A model generated the notes under the pieces. It ran no database searches. It was not told where the DNA came from and saw only the letters and a list, made by a program, of their open reading frames with translations. A stretch of 64,000 nt of DNA, from positions 25,162,213 through 25,226,212 of the forward strand of contig OZ234493.1 in NCBI GenBank assembly GCA_965153455.1, read 5' to 3'. This DNA comes from Sphagnum compactum (taxonomy: Eukaryota). The position numbers were made by a program, and so were the translations under genes. How positions within the stretch are numbered: position 1 is the first letter of the stretch; every line of letters begins with the position of its first letter. Below, in pieces: positions 1-12,094 of this stretch.

Positions 1-1568
1 ACCTTTGTAATCACACCATCATGATCAATGTTAGTGGTTAGTAGTCACAAGCAAGATTGGCTATTATAATTACTGTTAAATGTAATAAATGTAAATGTTA
101 AATGGTATGGAGTTAGACCCCACAATCAAGAGTGTGTTATGTAACATTGATTTAAAGTTTTTTTATTTCTTTACATAACATTAAGTTAAAACATCAAAAC
201 TGAGATTTTAGGTTAGGTTTGGATGTTAAGAGCCACTTTAAATGACAGTCCAAGATTCAAAATCCCAATGATCAATTTGAAGCTAATTAAACTTTTGAAT
301 TGCACCCTTCTTCATATTAATTTTATTATTTATAAAGTATAGTGAGTGCGTCCAATGACATAGGGTCAAATTTGAAAATTTTGAGATTCACAAATGAGAA
401 AATGAGATTGAAATTTTCTTTTTATTTTCCCTTTCTCTTCATTCTTTTCATGTTTTTTTTTTCAGTTCTTACTACACACAATAGCATAGGCACACGATAT
501 TGATAAACCTAGTTTTTATTATGGTCATCCATTGAATCATTGCATTATTACTCTCATTGCAATGAGTAACTATTGCACAACATTGAAGTATGAGGAATGT
601 ATTACTATTTTTTTCGAAGTTTGTTGACATGTCACCAAAGGTTCATTTCATATGAAGTATGAGAAGGCGATTGATATATAAAAAATCCAACCATGTCAAC
701 ATTATATGTGCTTAAAAACGGATTAATGGGCATGCATTCAATAATGTTTTCAATTCTCAAAATGTCTTTCATTCTTGCACAATTTCAACTTCAAAAAATT
801 AGAAAATAAACAATGAAAAACATGAAAAAAACAACCTTGAACCCTAACTTAAATCTTGATTCTCCAAACCTTGAGCTCCATTTTTGCATCTAGCCCAATT
901 GAATTTTCCTCCAAAATAATGACATGTAAGTTCCACCTCAAATTGACTTCATCAATCTTGATCCTCATCTAAAAGCCTTGGGTCCAACTTCCGTTTTTTG
1001 ATCAACAAAATAGAACTATTTTGTTGGACCCTCCCCTTTGGACTCTCATCTAAAGTAACCCTAACTATCATAAATGCTAACACCAAGTTAACACCACATA
1101 CCAACAAGGATGCCACATCATCAACAATGCTACCTTACATTACATATGTGAATGCACCTGAAATCAAGAAAATCAAACATCAACTTAGCACTAAATGTGA
1201 ATGGTGCTTAAGCCCATATTGTATGTTTTTTTACATGATTTTTCCAGTGATAACAATATATATATATATATACTGCCACAGACTCCAAGTAAACTTCACC
1301 ACCATTTGAAATATTTTGCAAATTTGCCAGATTTTGACCTAAGGTACTAAAAACATAGAAGGATACTTGAAATGATGTATAATGTCTACCAATATGACCA
1401 ATTAATGCTATACTGTTTTTTGAATGCTTGTCATTGATGCAAGATCAGAAAGTAGAGAATGAAAATCTTAATTCACACTGAGTTTCACACTATTTGAAGC
1501 CTAAACTCCATCAAAATAATAATTGTTTACATAACATTATCCTCCTGCTAGTGAACCTATTCTTCATA

Positions 1569-3294
1569 CTGAAAAGCCGCAACTCATTTACTTAATGACT
1601 CCCAGTTTTTATGACAAGTTCAAACAAAAATCATGAAAGATGATGAAAGATGAATATACTTACCTAACCATATTACATGATGATAAGAATGCAGTTTCAT
1701 TGCAGCCTGAGAGTGAGACATAAAAAATGTGTTGTTCTAAGACTGCATAAACCACTCCCTGAAGTTTTGAATTGTATTTGGAGGGCACCTTGTATATGTG
1801 AATTTCCCTGTAAGAAAAATGGGGAGTGATCATACACATACTCTTTTAAGTGTAAGTGTAGGGTAATGCTTGAGGAGCAGGGAGTTCCTCAAATAAGTGC
1901 CTGCCAGACATGGAGCCAAGGAGCACTTATTTCAGAATCACCCTGCTCCTCAGGCATATGATACTAACAGCAGGTATCTTACCAGGTATCTTAAAAAAAA
2001 ACATGAACCACCCTCTCCTTCAACCTTATGCCAAGAAGAAATTCCACTAGATCAGAAGCAGTCTTTCTGGGAAACCTGTCTGATCACCAAAAGCACACAG
2101 GTATCCCAGAAAGACTGCTGAATTCAATGCTGCATTAGCATCCCACCAGCATTAGCTTCTCACCAAATGCAAAAAAGGAGACATGAAAGCTGCACTGTTG
2201 AGTAATACTTGCAATAACACAGCTAGACACAGACAGCAAAGAAGAAATGATTCACAAGCCTCTTACTTACGAGAACTCACTACCATGACAGAACCAACAA
2301 ATGCATCTAACTCTATTACCATGCCAATCCCCTCAAACTGATTAGATAAGTCCTGTAACTGCAACAAAGTTAGTGATTCTTCTTCCATATTCAATCAGCC
2401 ACTGTTGTGGCATCAAGGGATCTGCACAAATAACTTATGCAGCAGATACAGCACCATAGGGCATATCCCACATTCTAAAGCTGCTGCAGGAGGAAACAGA
2501 AACCTCCTCCGATCACGCATTCTAAATCCTCTGGAGGAGAAAACAGAAGCCTCATACAACAACAACATCCCATTCAAAAAACACAAAGTTCAGGAAAGAA
2601 AACACACAGCTTTTAAGAAGAGAACTATCATGGAATTACTTACATGGGAGACCCAAATCCATAGCATAATGTCAAAGATTCCCCCTCTCCTTCTCTGTAC
2701 ATCCAGAATACAAAGACAATCCCACACACATTTCATCCAAGTCACAATGCTTCTTGATGCTGCAAAAATCTAACAATCCTTGCAAAAGAAAGAAACCCTG
2801 CAGAAACACCTAGGGTTTCTAGGGTTTCTGGACATCAAGCAGAACTTGTTAACCTAGAAGAAAAGACACAGAAAAGAAAGATCCAAGCATTTGGGTGGCA
2901 CCATCTGACTGAAAGATTTAACCAGCACGGATTGAAGGATACCATAAAAAAATTAATTATTCCCAACAAGAAATTATGCAGAGGACAAAAGACCATAGCA
3001 GAAAATGGAGCTTCTCACCACCACCACCACTTCTACACACCACAGTCCTCCATGACTCTCTACATCCCTACTACCACAACACCTTCAGAATCTCAACAAT
3101 TGAGGGTGAGAAAACCAAAAAACCTATGGAAGTGCTGCACTTCTTGACTCCCTTCCTTGTGATGACAATTTCTTCTTTCCAACACCCCTTGGATCTGCCT
3201 GCCTGCCTGTGTAATCTTCTTATATCCTGTGCCTGTACCTGTTTGTTGTTGTTGTTACGGTTTTTTTTGCTTGTTGTTGCAGATAAACTCTGAC
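1569..3294 (-). other. Putative spliced 3'-UTR of the LSD1-like gene (4 predicted introns: 3294-2798, 2643-2359, 2270-1808, 1663-1569)
   Basis: Minus-strand donors CAG|GTCAGA (3294), GTAAGT (2643, 2270) and AG|GTAAGT (1663) alternate with acceptors TTTCTGCAG (2798), TTTGTTGCAG (2359), TTTTTCTTACAG (1808) and CTTTTCAG (1569). Confidence 0.55.
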
Positions 3295-3444
3295 CTGTCT
3301 GCTGCTGTTGCTGTCTTGAGCATCACATAGAAGAAGTTTCAAGGGTTCAGTTGGAAAGCACACAGAGGGCCAGTAAAAGCATACAAGATGATAGAGATAA
3401 GTAGGGTTGTTGTTGTTGTCATTGTTGTTGGCAGATTTCCCAGC

Positions 3445-4059
3445 TCAATTTGCATCCATGGTCACGCCCACAGCCACATTGCTGACCAGCTTGCCGCTCT
3501 CATCCAAAGTCATAGGATTCTCCACAACAACTGTCTGTGTGTGGTGAGACTGAGTGTTGGATGCGACAGAGACTGGAGGAGGAAGAAGAAGCTGTTGTGG
3601 TGGTGTTGGTACTATAGGTCTCAGCTGCTGCTGCTGTTGTTGGGTGGGAGGCAATGGCATCCGCATGTTAGGAGGCATGGCAATGGAAGTCACATACTGA
3701 CACAAAGCACACTTGACAGACTGAGCCCCGTATGCATACATGAGTGTCATACCACAACCACCACAATTGATATGCGCCACAGCAGCAGCCGCAGGAGGAG
3801 GAGCTAATTCCATCGCCAGATTCACCGTGTGACAACAGGAGCACTGCACACTAGTGGCTCCTCGCATGTACATCAACAAAGTCCGACATCCCCCACATAC
3901 CAACTGTGCCATCTCTGCTGCCCCGTGTGGTGGCACCGTCGTCACCGAGCTGCACAGCGCACATCGCACATTACTGGCTCCTTGTGGATACACCAACAAC
4001 GTGCGACATCCGCCGCAGATCAGCTGTCCTTGTGTTCCTTGCATAAGCTGATACGGCAT
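3445..4059 (-). CDS. LSD1: LSD1-type zinc-finger protein (LSD1/LOL family), ~204 aa, single coding exon
   Basis: Three zf-LSD1 motifs ([66 protein letters not shown]) and the LSD1 C-terminal motif [25 protein letters not shown]. First in-frame ATG is at 4059 (alternative 4044); the ORF-track start at 4116 is not an ATG. Confidence 0.93.
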   Translation of the reverse strand: MPYQLMQGTQGQLICGGCRTLLVYPQGASNVRCALCSSVTTVPPHGAAEMAQLVCGGCRTLLMYMRGATSVQCSCCHTVNLAMELAPPPAAAAVAHINCGGCGMTLMYAYGAQSVKCALCQYVTSIAMPPNMRMPLPPTQQQQQQLRPIVPTPPQQLLLPPPVSVASNTQSHHTQTVVVENPMTLDESGKLVSNVAVGVTMDAN

Positions 4060-4859
4060 CACCACGACCAAAACTTCCCCCCCGCCCCCCCCCCAAACCC
4101 CTTCTTTCACTCTCACTCACTCTTCTCCACCTCCTCTCCTCCCCCTAAAACAACCCCCCCCCCCCCCCCCCACTCTTTCTCTCTCCTCCTGAAAGCTTAA
4201 CAACCAAAACCCACAACTTTCTTTCCCTCTCCTGCTCCTCCCTCTCTTGCTCCTTCTCTTTTTTCTTCTTCTTGTTCTTCAATACTTAACCCGTCAATCG
4301 CAATGCACACAACAAACAAATAAAGAAAGAAACCCAATAAAAACACAACAATTTTTTCTCTTTACACAAATGTTACACAACTTGTGCAAACCCAAATTGG
4401 ATTTGCAAGTTTTAATCTATAGACTGTACACAGACAGACAGTCCACTTCACAGATATGGTACAGACAGAAGAAGAGAGCTAGAAGGGCAAGCATGCACAG
4501 AAAGGAGAGATACAAAATAGCAGAAAAAAAAAGAAACAAAGTAAGCACGGCAATAGCAACAGCAAAACCAAGCCAAGCCAAGCAGAGCAGCCAGCGAGCG
4601 TGAGAAGGAGCGAGCGTGGAAAAACCAAATCCTTGCGCGTGGTAAGAACAGAACTCTGTCAGCTCTAAATCCAAAGGTCCTTCGCAACGACTGACAGACG
4701 CTCCTCTTGTTCCGTTGTCGTGTTCCTTCGTCCCTGTGCGGGCACGCGGACAAGTAATTCGGGCAGATCTGGGCAGGTCGATCCGGGCAGTTCAGGCCAA
4801 GCTCGGGCAGAATATCATGTAGTCAGTCAGGGCCAGGGTCGGACAGACCGACCTTTCTT

Positions 4860-6120
4860 TTTTGGCTGGTTACCTATATAAGATATAGTAGCCTTTTTTC
4901 TCTGCTGGCTATAGGTATATAGCCAACAAGCTATTTCAAATTTCATATTTGTGTTTTAGTCAGATTTGGCTAAATCTTCCTGTGGATCATCCCCATTTTG
5001 GCTACAACACAACATTGATAAAAAAAAAACATTGGTACATAGCCACCAAAAAATGGAATTAAAATTTTGAATTGCTATTTCTTTTTAATTTTTGAGATTT
5101 TCAATATCCATAATTCATCCAAATTTTAAGAAAATTTGCCAAATTTCTATACATGGTTCAAGTAGGTAGCCAAAAAATAGAAGGAGGTTTTTAAACTTTA
5201 CTTTTATATTTAGCTTGTAGCGAAATTTGGCTAAATCTTCCTGTGGATGATGATCTCCCAGGCTGGAGTCCCAACCTCTTTTTTATTGGCTAGCTATATA
5301 TAGCAGGAAAGGAAATTAAAAATCAAAAGTGCAAGAATCAAAACTTTTTTGAGATTTTCCATAGCCAGAATCTAACCAAAATCTAAGAAAAATCACTAGA
5401 TTTCTATACATGGTTCAAGTAGGGTAGCCAAAAATATAGAAGGATGTTTAATTTTTTGAAAACTTTATATTAGCTTTTAGCCAAATTTGGCTAAATCTCC
5501 TTGTGGATAATCCTTGCTTTGGCTACCTGATGAAATTGACCCCCAAAATAAAATTCTCCAACCATTTTTTTCTAGACAAAAAGCGGAACTGGAACTCAAA
5601 AGTGCTAAAATCAAGTGTTTTTTAAAGATTTTCTTTTGCCAAAATTAGAAAAAAAAATTAAATAAAAATCACCAGATTCGAAACATGGTTCGGTTGGTAA
5701 CCCAAAATATGGAAGGATGTTTTTTTTTCCTTAATCATATGTATCTTGTAGCCAAATTTGGTTAAATCTTCTTGTGGATGATCACACTTCAGCTACATCA
5801 CAAAATTGACCGCAAGAAAAAGAAAAACTTATCCAACCTTGTTTTTTCTGCCTATATATATATACACCAATAATCAAAATTTAAAATCAAAAGAGGTAAG
5901 AAAATCAAGAGCTTTTGGAATTTCTCAATAGCTGAAAATTCATCAAAAATAAAGAACAATCACCAGATTTCTGTAAGTAGGTAGCCAAAAGTATAGAAGG
6001 ATTTTTTTTTTTCCCTACTTTCATATTTAGCTTGTAGCCAAATTTGGCTAAAAACTTCCTGTAGATGATCACCACTTTGGCCACATCACAAAATTGACCC
6101 AAGCAAAAAAAACCAAAAAA
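4860..6120. repeat. Tandem array of ~5 diverged ~260-285 bp units of a dispersed repeat family
   Basis: Motif A-TTTGGCTAAATCTTCCTGTGGATGAT...CACTTTGGCTACA recurs near 4966, 5226, 5486, 5757 and 6043, mostly preceded by GTAGCCAAAA-TA-AGAAGGA. Related single copies lie near 47090 and (inverted) 50680-50790. Confidence 0.8.
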
Positions 6121-6534
6121 CATTTACTGTCAGGCAGGCAAAGGAAGGAACTGAGACAAATAACAAATAACTTAGCAGCTGCCCGTTCTTGTTCTTAGCG
6201 GTCTGCACTGACGGGAAATTTTTATTTTTAAAAAAAAATAATAATCTATGGGAAACGACTTCAACGAATGACTTTCTTGTTTTAAAATATTAAACAAAAC
6301 AATTCCACGTTTATTATAGGAGAGGATTATGGCGCATTTAAAATGGACGGGTACGTACTTTTACGCCGCGGAATAAGTTAGGGCCGGCGTTTTGAGAATA
6401 AATGGTACCTGCCCGCCTGCCTGCCTGCCTTCCGTACCCCTAATTGGAAGGTTCTGCTTCTGTAATGATTCTGGTAATCATAATTGTTTTTTTAAGGTAC
6501 GAATTTGTTTTTTAATTCAATTCTTTTATGTACT

Positions 6535-6739
6535 TAGAGAACCCGCCTTAGCGGACGCATTCTGCGTTTTAATTCGTCACTAGAGTTATAAGGGGCTTTT
6601 TCTGACCCCTAGTTAGTTTAACATTAGGGTTAGTGAAGCAGGGCTTGGCCATGACCTAGTGACAAACTAAGAGGCATTTCAGGCTAAGCCCGAATGACGA
6701 ATTAGGAGACGGAATGCATCCCATAAAGTGTGTTTTCTA
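6535..6739. mobile_element. MITE (~200 bp, imperfect ~55-bp TIRs, TA at both ends; Tc1/mariner-Stowaway-like)
   Basis: Left TAGAGAACCCGCCTTAGCGGACGCATTCTGCGTTTTAATTCGTCA matches the reverse complement of the right end, TAGAAAACACACTTTATGGGATGCATTCCGTCTCCTAATTCGTCA. Confidence 0.7.
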
Positions 6740-7884
6740 GCCTAAAGGTCCTCATATAGCTCTTAACCTAGCATGGTTAGGGTAGTGTATCACCAAGCAA
6801 AGGGGTGTTCCCAAAATTAAGTGACTGCCCGAAACTGAGCCCAAGGGCCGAAATAATTATTTCCGGGATGCCCCATTCCAATGGCATTACCTTGAAGTAA
6901 AGCATTCACTTTCCTTTTTTGGCCCCAAAAATTTAAAAAAATCTTGTGATACCTGGTGGGTATACCACCGGATATCACCAGGAAAATTTAATAATTTCAA
7001 TTTCAAAAATCATGTCATGTGGGTTTTTGAAATTAAAATTATTAAAATTTCAAGAACTGGTGGATTTTCATATAATACCGGCAAAGAAATTGACAGTTTT
7101 ATATAGAAGGTTATTTGATCGGTTCTTAAATATTTGAGAACCATGGTTGTATATCACAACCGGTGATTTTCATATTATTTGAGAACCGTGTTATGCACCT
7201 TTAATAACTTCGTTGATAACCTCCGGTTATTTTAAGCCATTTCTAATGACCGCCCAAGACTGGTCATAAGCTAGAGTGGGTGGGTAGGAATTGATGAAAT
7301 TGGCCTTGGTGACCTAATTTTGGAGTGCATGAGAGCCTTAGAACCAATCTACAGAATATTTAAGTGTAGGGTCTAAAGTCCTAAGATAGGGGGATTTACA
7401 AGAATAACCGACCCATTGAGGCAGTTTAGACATACTAAACTATTCCATAACAATAATAGTAGTTTATTTATTCTTTTGTATAACCATTACCTCCCAAAAT
7501 TTTAAAATTTTAAAAACCAAGTGCTGAAGTTAAGATTTCAAATTTAATTGATTATTCGGCAATCTATTGCCGAAATGGTAAAAGGTATTACGATATTTTA
7601 TCCTAGGATCAATTTCATCATTAAATAATTCTTAATTATTTTTAATGGATCTTTGGGAAAATATGAAATTGAAATGTGAAAAGCCTTAATAATTATTGTG
7701 GGATATTATTTAAAGAATTTCACTACTAGTATGACAATATCATGGCACATTATTGTAAATCATGAAATTATTTTGGATATATAATAATGATTCATTTTGA
7801 AAAAAAAAAAATCAATGTGGAAGTTGACCTTAGATTATATGAAAGTTCAACTATGACAAAGTCATATGAAATAAAAGTGTGTTG

Positions 7885-8480
7885 TTATAAATGTGTGGAA
7901 AAGCATGTAGTTGCAAGTTCAACAATTTTTTTCATAATGCACGGCGTGTTTGGGTTTGTGCATCATTTAGTGGACATGTCCCTCATTTGCAATACCTACC
8001 AATCACGGGGTTTGAATACCAATGGAACTAGGATTTTATTGGGCCATTAAGTTTAATTGTTCGTCATAACCAATATGTGTTGGTCACGATTGAACATTTT
8101 TTTAAATGAATTGAGTTGGCACCATTCTAAGATGTCAAAAGTAATGAAGGGGTTGCTTATGCATTTTTAGACCAAATTTTAAGTAGATTTGGTGCTTTAT
8201 AAGTATTCATGGATTAAGGTAGGGAATTTTGAGGAGAATTTCAAGAGTTGTGTGAATTGATTTTGATTGACCATAAGTCTATTTCTTGTGATTGTCCTAA
8301 AGCTGATGGGTGGGTTAAAATAATGGTACAAACAATGAAGAAAGGTTTCTGAAAAGATGGATTATGAAAGGAACATATATGTGATTGGGACATACAAGTA
8401 CCATTGTTGGCCATGGGATATCAATTTAGCAAACAAATGTCCCTTGCATCATCCCCCGCCTTCCCTTTTTTTTGGCAATG
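7885..8480 (+). mobile_element. Degenerate Ty3/gypsy LTR-retrotransposon integrase core (5' part of a split element)
   Basis: Manual translation across stops and frameshifts: HLQYLPITGFEYQWN*DFIGPL..QYVLVTIEHF.K*IELAP..D*GREF*GEFQELC..IDHKSISCDCPKADG..MVQTMKKG..WDIQVPLLAMGYQFS, an rve-type D,D(35)E core. Confidence 0.85.
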
Positions 8481-9619
8481 AAAACACATTATGATGAAAA
8501 CAAAAAATTATCACAGTTTGATAGTTTTTGATACCTATGGAACTTTGATATATCATGGTGCATGTTTGGAAAAATATTTGAAAATAAAATTTTCAATTAA
8601 TGGTGATTTACATCTTAATATATCATTGTATCATGAAATTGGAGCAAATATGAACAAATTAATAATTGGAATACATTTTCACTTTGTATCAATCTTGTCA
8701 CAATGCTACAATTGTACAAAAGGATTATGAAAGACTAGATTTAAAGGTAGTTTATCCATGAAATTGTGCACATGTAAAAAAACAACCATGAAAAATAATC
8801 TTCTTTTCTAAAATTCTCAATTTCTTTTCAAGTTGTGAAGTTCATATTAGATGTTTAAAAAACAATTGGTAGTACATTATGATGTTATAATGATGAAATT
8901 TTTGATCTTTTGAAGTTGTAAAAAGTTCTTCCATTGAAGATGTAGATGGACTAAGTGTTGTTTTTACCAATTTAAATTTAAAAATGGATTTTCAAAATTC
9001 AAAGAAAATGGGTAATCTATTGTAAAATAGGGGCTCTAAATCAATGTTTATAAAATTATTAGTGTATTTTTAGACAATGATACAACTACCAATCAATTGC
9101 ATATTGATGGGTTTAATAACTTATTTTATGTTTAAAGCTCAAACTACATGTGATTTCTAAAAAAATTCAAAGTGAGTGAAATCTTACATGTTACTATTTT
9201 TTATACTATATGTAGTCCTAATTTTCCCTAAAATTGTCTACATTGTAGTGTGTTTTCACCCTTGGGACATGAGCCCCATTATTGACACCCATTCATATGG
9301 ATGTGGTCCATGTGGTTAATTTGGATAATCCCAATGCAGTAAAAGGAATTATGTCCTTTGCAACAAGAAATCTATGTTTACAAGTCTTAAATGACCATAT
9401 TATTTTGAATCCTATGTGTAAAAGTCATAATCATATATTAGTGGGGCATGTGATTAATAGATGATGAAGTGGTAACAAGATGGAGGGTGTTAATTTCATC
9501 ATTTTTATTTCAGCTATATTGCATACATGATTGTTGACAAAGTGATGTGGATGTCCAATTGTTGTTATAATGATTAAAAAATGACTACAAGTCATTTCAT
9601 ATGAACATAGACAACCTTT

Positions 9620-10045
9620 CCCCCCCACTACCTACGTACCCACCTATTTACCTACCCACCCACCTACCTACTTACCCACCACCAACCCACCCATTTACAT
9701 ACCTACCCACCATCCACCCACCTACCTACCTATTTATTTACCCATCCACCCACCCACCCACCTATATTTACCTAAGTATACCTATCTACCTTCTCATGCA
9801 CACACCCACCCACTTACCTACCTACATGTGATTTAGCCACCCACATACCCACCTACCCACTTACCCACGCCTAAATGCCAACCCACCCACATATGGCTCC
9901 CCCACCTATTTACCCACTCACCCACCCACTTATTTACCTACCCACTCACCCACCCACCTATTTACCTACCTACATTTTATTATTTTTATCCTATAACCTA
10001 CCTACCTCCTACCCATCATCCTACAACTTGTTACCTACCTCATAG
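9620..10045. repeat. Degenerate (CCTA/CCCA)n microsatellite-like tract
   Basis: Runs of CCTACCTA/CCCACCCA; the ORF at 9601-9831 is a by-product. Related tracts lie at 11525-11640 (opposite strand) and 11945-12050. Confidence 0.85.
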
Positions 10046-10629
10046 TCTTGTACTGAAATGAAATAAACATGTGAAATAAAGAACTTGACCAAAATCGAAC
10101 ACCTTTTGATGTTGTAGTCCATTGGTAACGACTTGGTTTATCATTGTGAAGATGAAAGGTTTAATTCCTTATACTTGCAACCTATGTCCATTCCTAAAGA
10201 GCTAAAGTAAGTAGGCTAAACTAAGGTAGTTAAGTAGGTAGGTTACATACATTACATAAGTTAAATAGGCTAAGCTACTACCTACCTACCTACCTATTAA
10301 AATTTATTATTTTGTAATAATCTAGAAAAATAATTTTAATCTAGGTATAAATGGAGTAATCAATTGGTCTAGTGTTTGTCAGTCATGTTTTACTCGTTCA
10401 TTATATGACACCTCAACATTATATATGGATTGTCTTTTATGATTTATCCTTAATGACTATGGGATGAAAAAGGCCATGTTGAACATTTAATGACCACTTG
10501 TCCTTTGCTATTTTGTTCATTACAACTAAAGGCCATTAGTCATATAATGTCTAGTATGACTACAAAAGATCAATCATATATGGAATCATAAATATAAAAA
10601 GTTCTTCTAGTGATGTGTAGACTCATTTT

Positions 10630-11137
10630 AGGAAAAATGTGCAACCTTGTTCAAAAGAGTCATGCCCATAGTAATGGAAAACTTGGCCATTACACAACAT
10701 CGAGATACATTACAATATGTCACCATCCATGAAGGTGGATATTGACCCAAGGCTTGGAGGTTTGAAATTGAGGGTTATATTTATTTGTGGCAAACAACAC
10801 CTATCACATTGGATGTGACAATTAGACATGTCATTTTTCTTGTGAAGAAGGCTTTACCTTTCGGGGTTTTGTTGTTGGAAGGTTGAAACAATTAAGTATC
10901 GAAAGATCATGAGCATAATTATACACCATGTCACCTTTCACATGTGAATGGCTAGGTGAATCCATCATTGGCCATAGTTTGAACATGTTTAGGATGTATG
11001 TTATGCGAAGAATCACGAGGTGTATCAACCATGTTGGTTTGTGATCGTTGTTTTAAAGGATAGCATAAAGGATGTTTGACACCACCTCTATGGAAGTTCC
11101 AAATAGAAATTGGGTGTGTCCATGATGCACCAAATAG
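10630..11137 (+). mobile_element. Degenerate Ty3/gypsy integrase C-terminus ending in a PHD finger (3' part of the split element)
   Basis: LFKRVMPIVMENLAITQHRDTLQY..RFEIEGYIYLWQTTPITLDVT..GVLLLEG followed by CMLCEESRGVSTMLVCDRCFKG*HKGCLTPPL.EVPNRNWVCP*CTK* (C4HC3 pattern). A G7 tract at 11411-11417 followed by TG (11418) is a candidate PPT/3'-LTR start. Confidence 0.85.
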
Positions 11138-12094
11138 ACACGTGATTTGTTCATTCGTGTTGAGCCTTAGTACTTAAATAGATGCATGTTCTTGATTGGG
11201 ATAATGGATGATACTTGAAAGAAGGTTGTCCAGTTTGGCCGAACATAAAAAGATTGCAACTAAATGATTAATGATGGGGCTCACCCTGCACATGGCCTAC
11301 TAATCTCATAATATATGGAACCAAATTCCTTTCGTGGACTCCCTTAGCACATTATGTCCTATTTGATCATAGATTTGTCTATTTAGTACAAGAAGACCTT
11401 TACACTAGTTGGGGGGGTGATTTGTGTGCATGTTTTCATGTGTGTGGCTTTGGTGGTTTTGATAGTGTTGGGCACCAATCTAATAACGCACATGTGGCAT
11501 TAAAAATAAAAAAAATTCAATTCATGTAGGTAGGTATGTAGGTGGGTGGTTGGGTAGGTAGGTAAATAGTTAGATAGATAAATAAATTTGTAAGTAAGTA
11601 GATAGGTAAATACATTGATAGGTAAGGAATAAGTAGATAATTTATTTTATGTTTAGCCTTTAGGGTTAAGCCTTTTTATTGACTCATCCCAAATGACATG
11701 TTATTTTTAATGTTGTTTGTGCATTTTCAAGGTTTCAAATGCACCTCTTTATATAGTTTACAAGATTGAAATGAAGGACAAAACATATGCGATAAATTTG
11801 GTGATCGCAATGTAGTTGCAAATTAATTTGCAATTAAATAAACATTCCATATCTTCTTTTCCCTATGTTGCAAAGTATATAACTAAATGTGCATAATAAA
11901 TTCTTTAATCCCAAATTAAAATAAGTTCCTCAAAAGAACAAATCTAGCCTACTTACATACATACCTACCTACTTAAATACCTACATACCCACTTAACCTA
12001 CTACCTATTAACTCGAATTACTATCTACTAATTAACTTAACCTATTAAGTAAAATACCCTATGTCACACCTAGGTTAGGCCCACATGGCATTTA

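Noticed and set aside
3388-4200. Plus-strand ORFs overlapping LSD1
   Set aside because: Antisense shadows of a GC-rich coding exon with no recognisable domain.
9601-9831. Pro/Thr/Tyr-rich extensin-like ORF
   Set aside because: Translation of a (CCTA/CCCA)n microsatellite.
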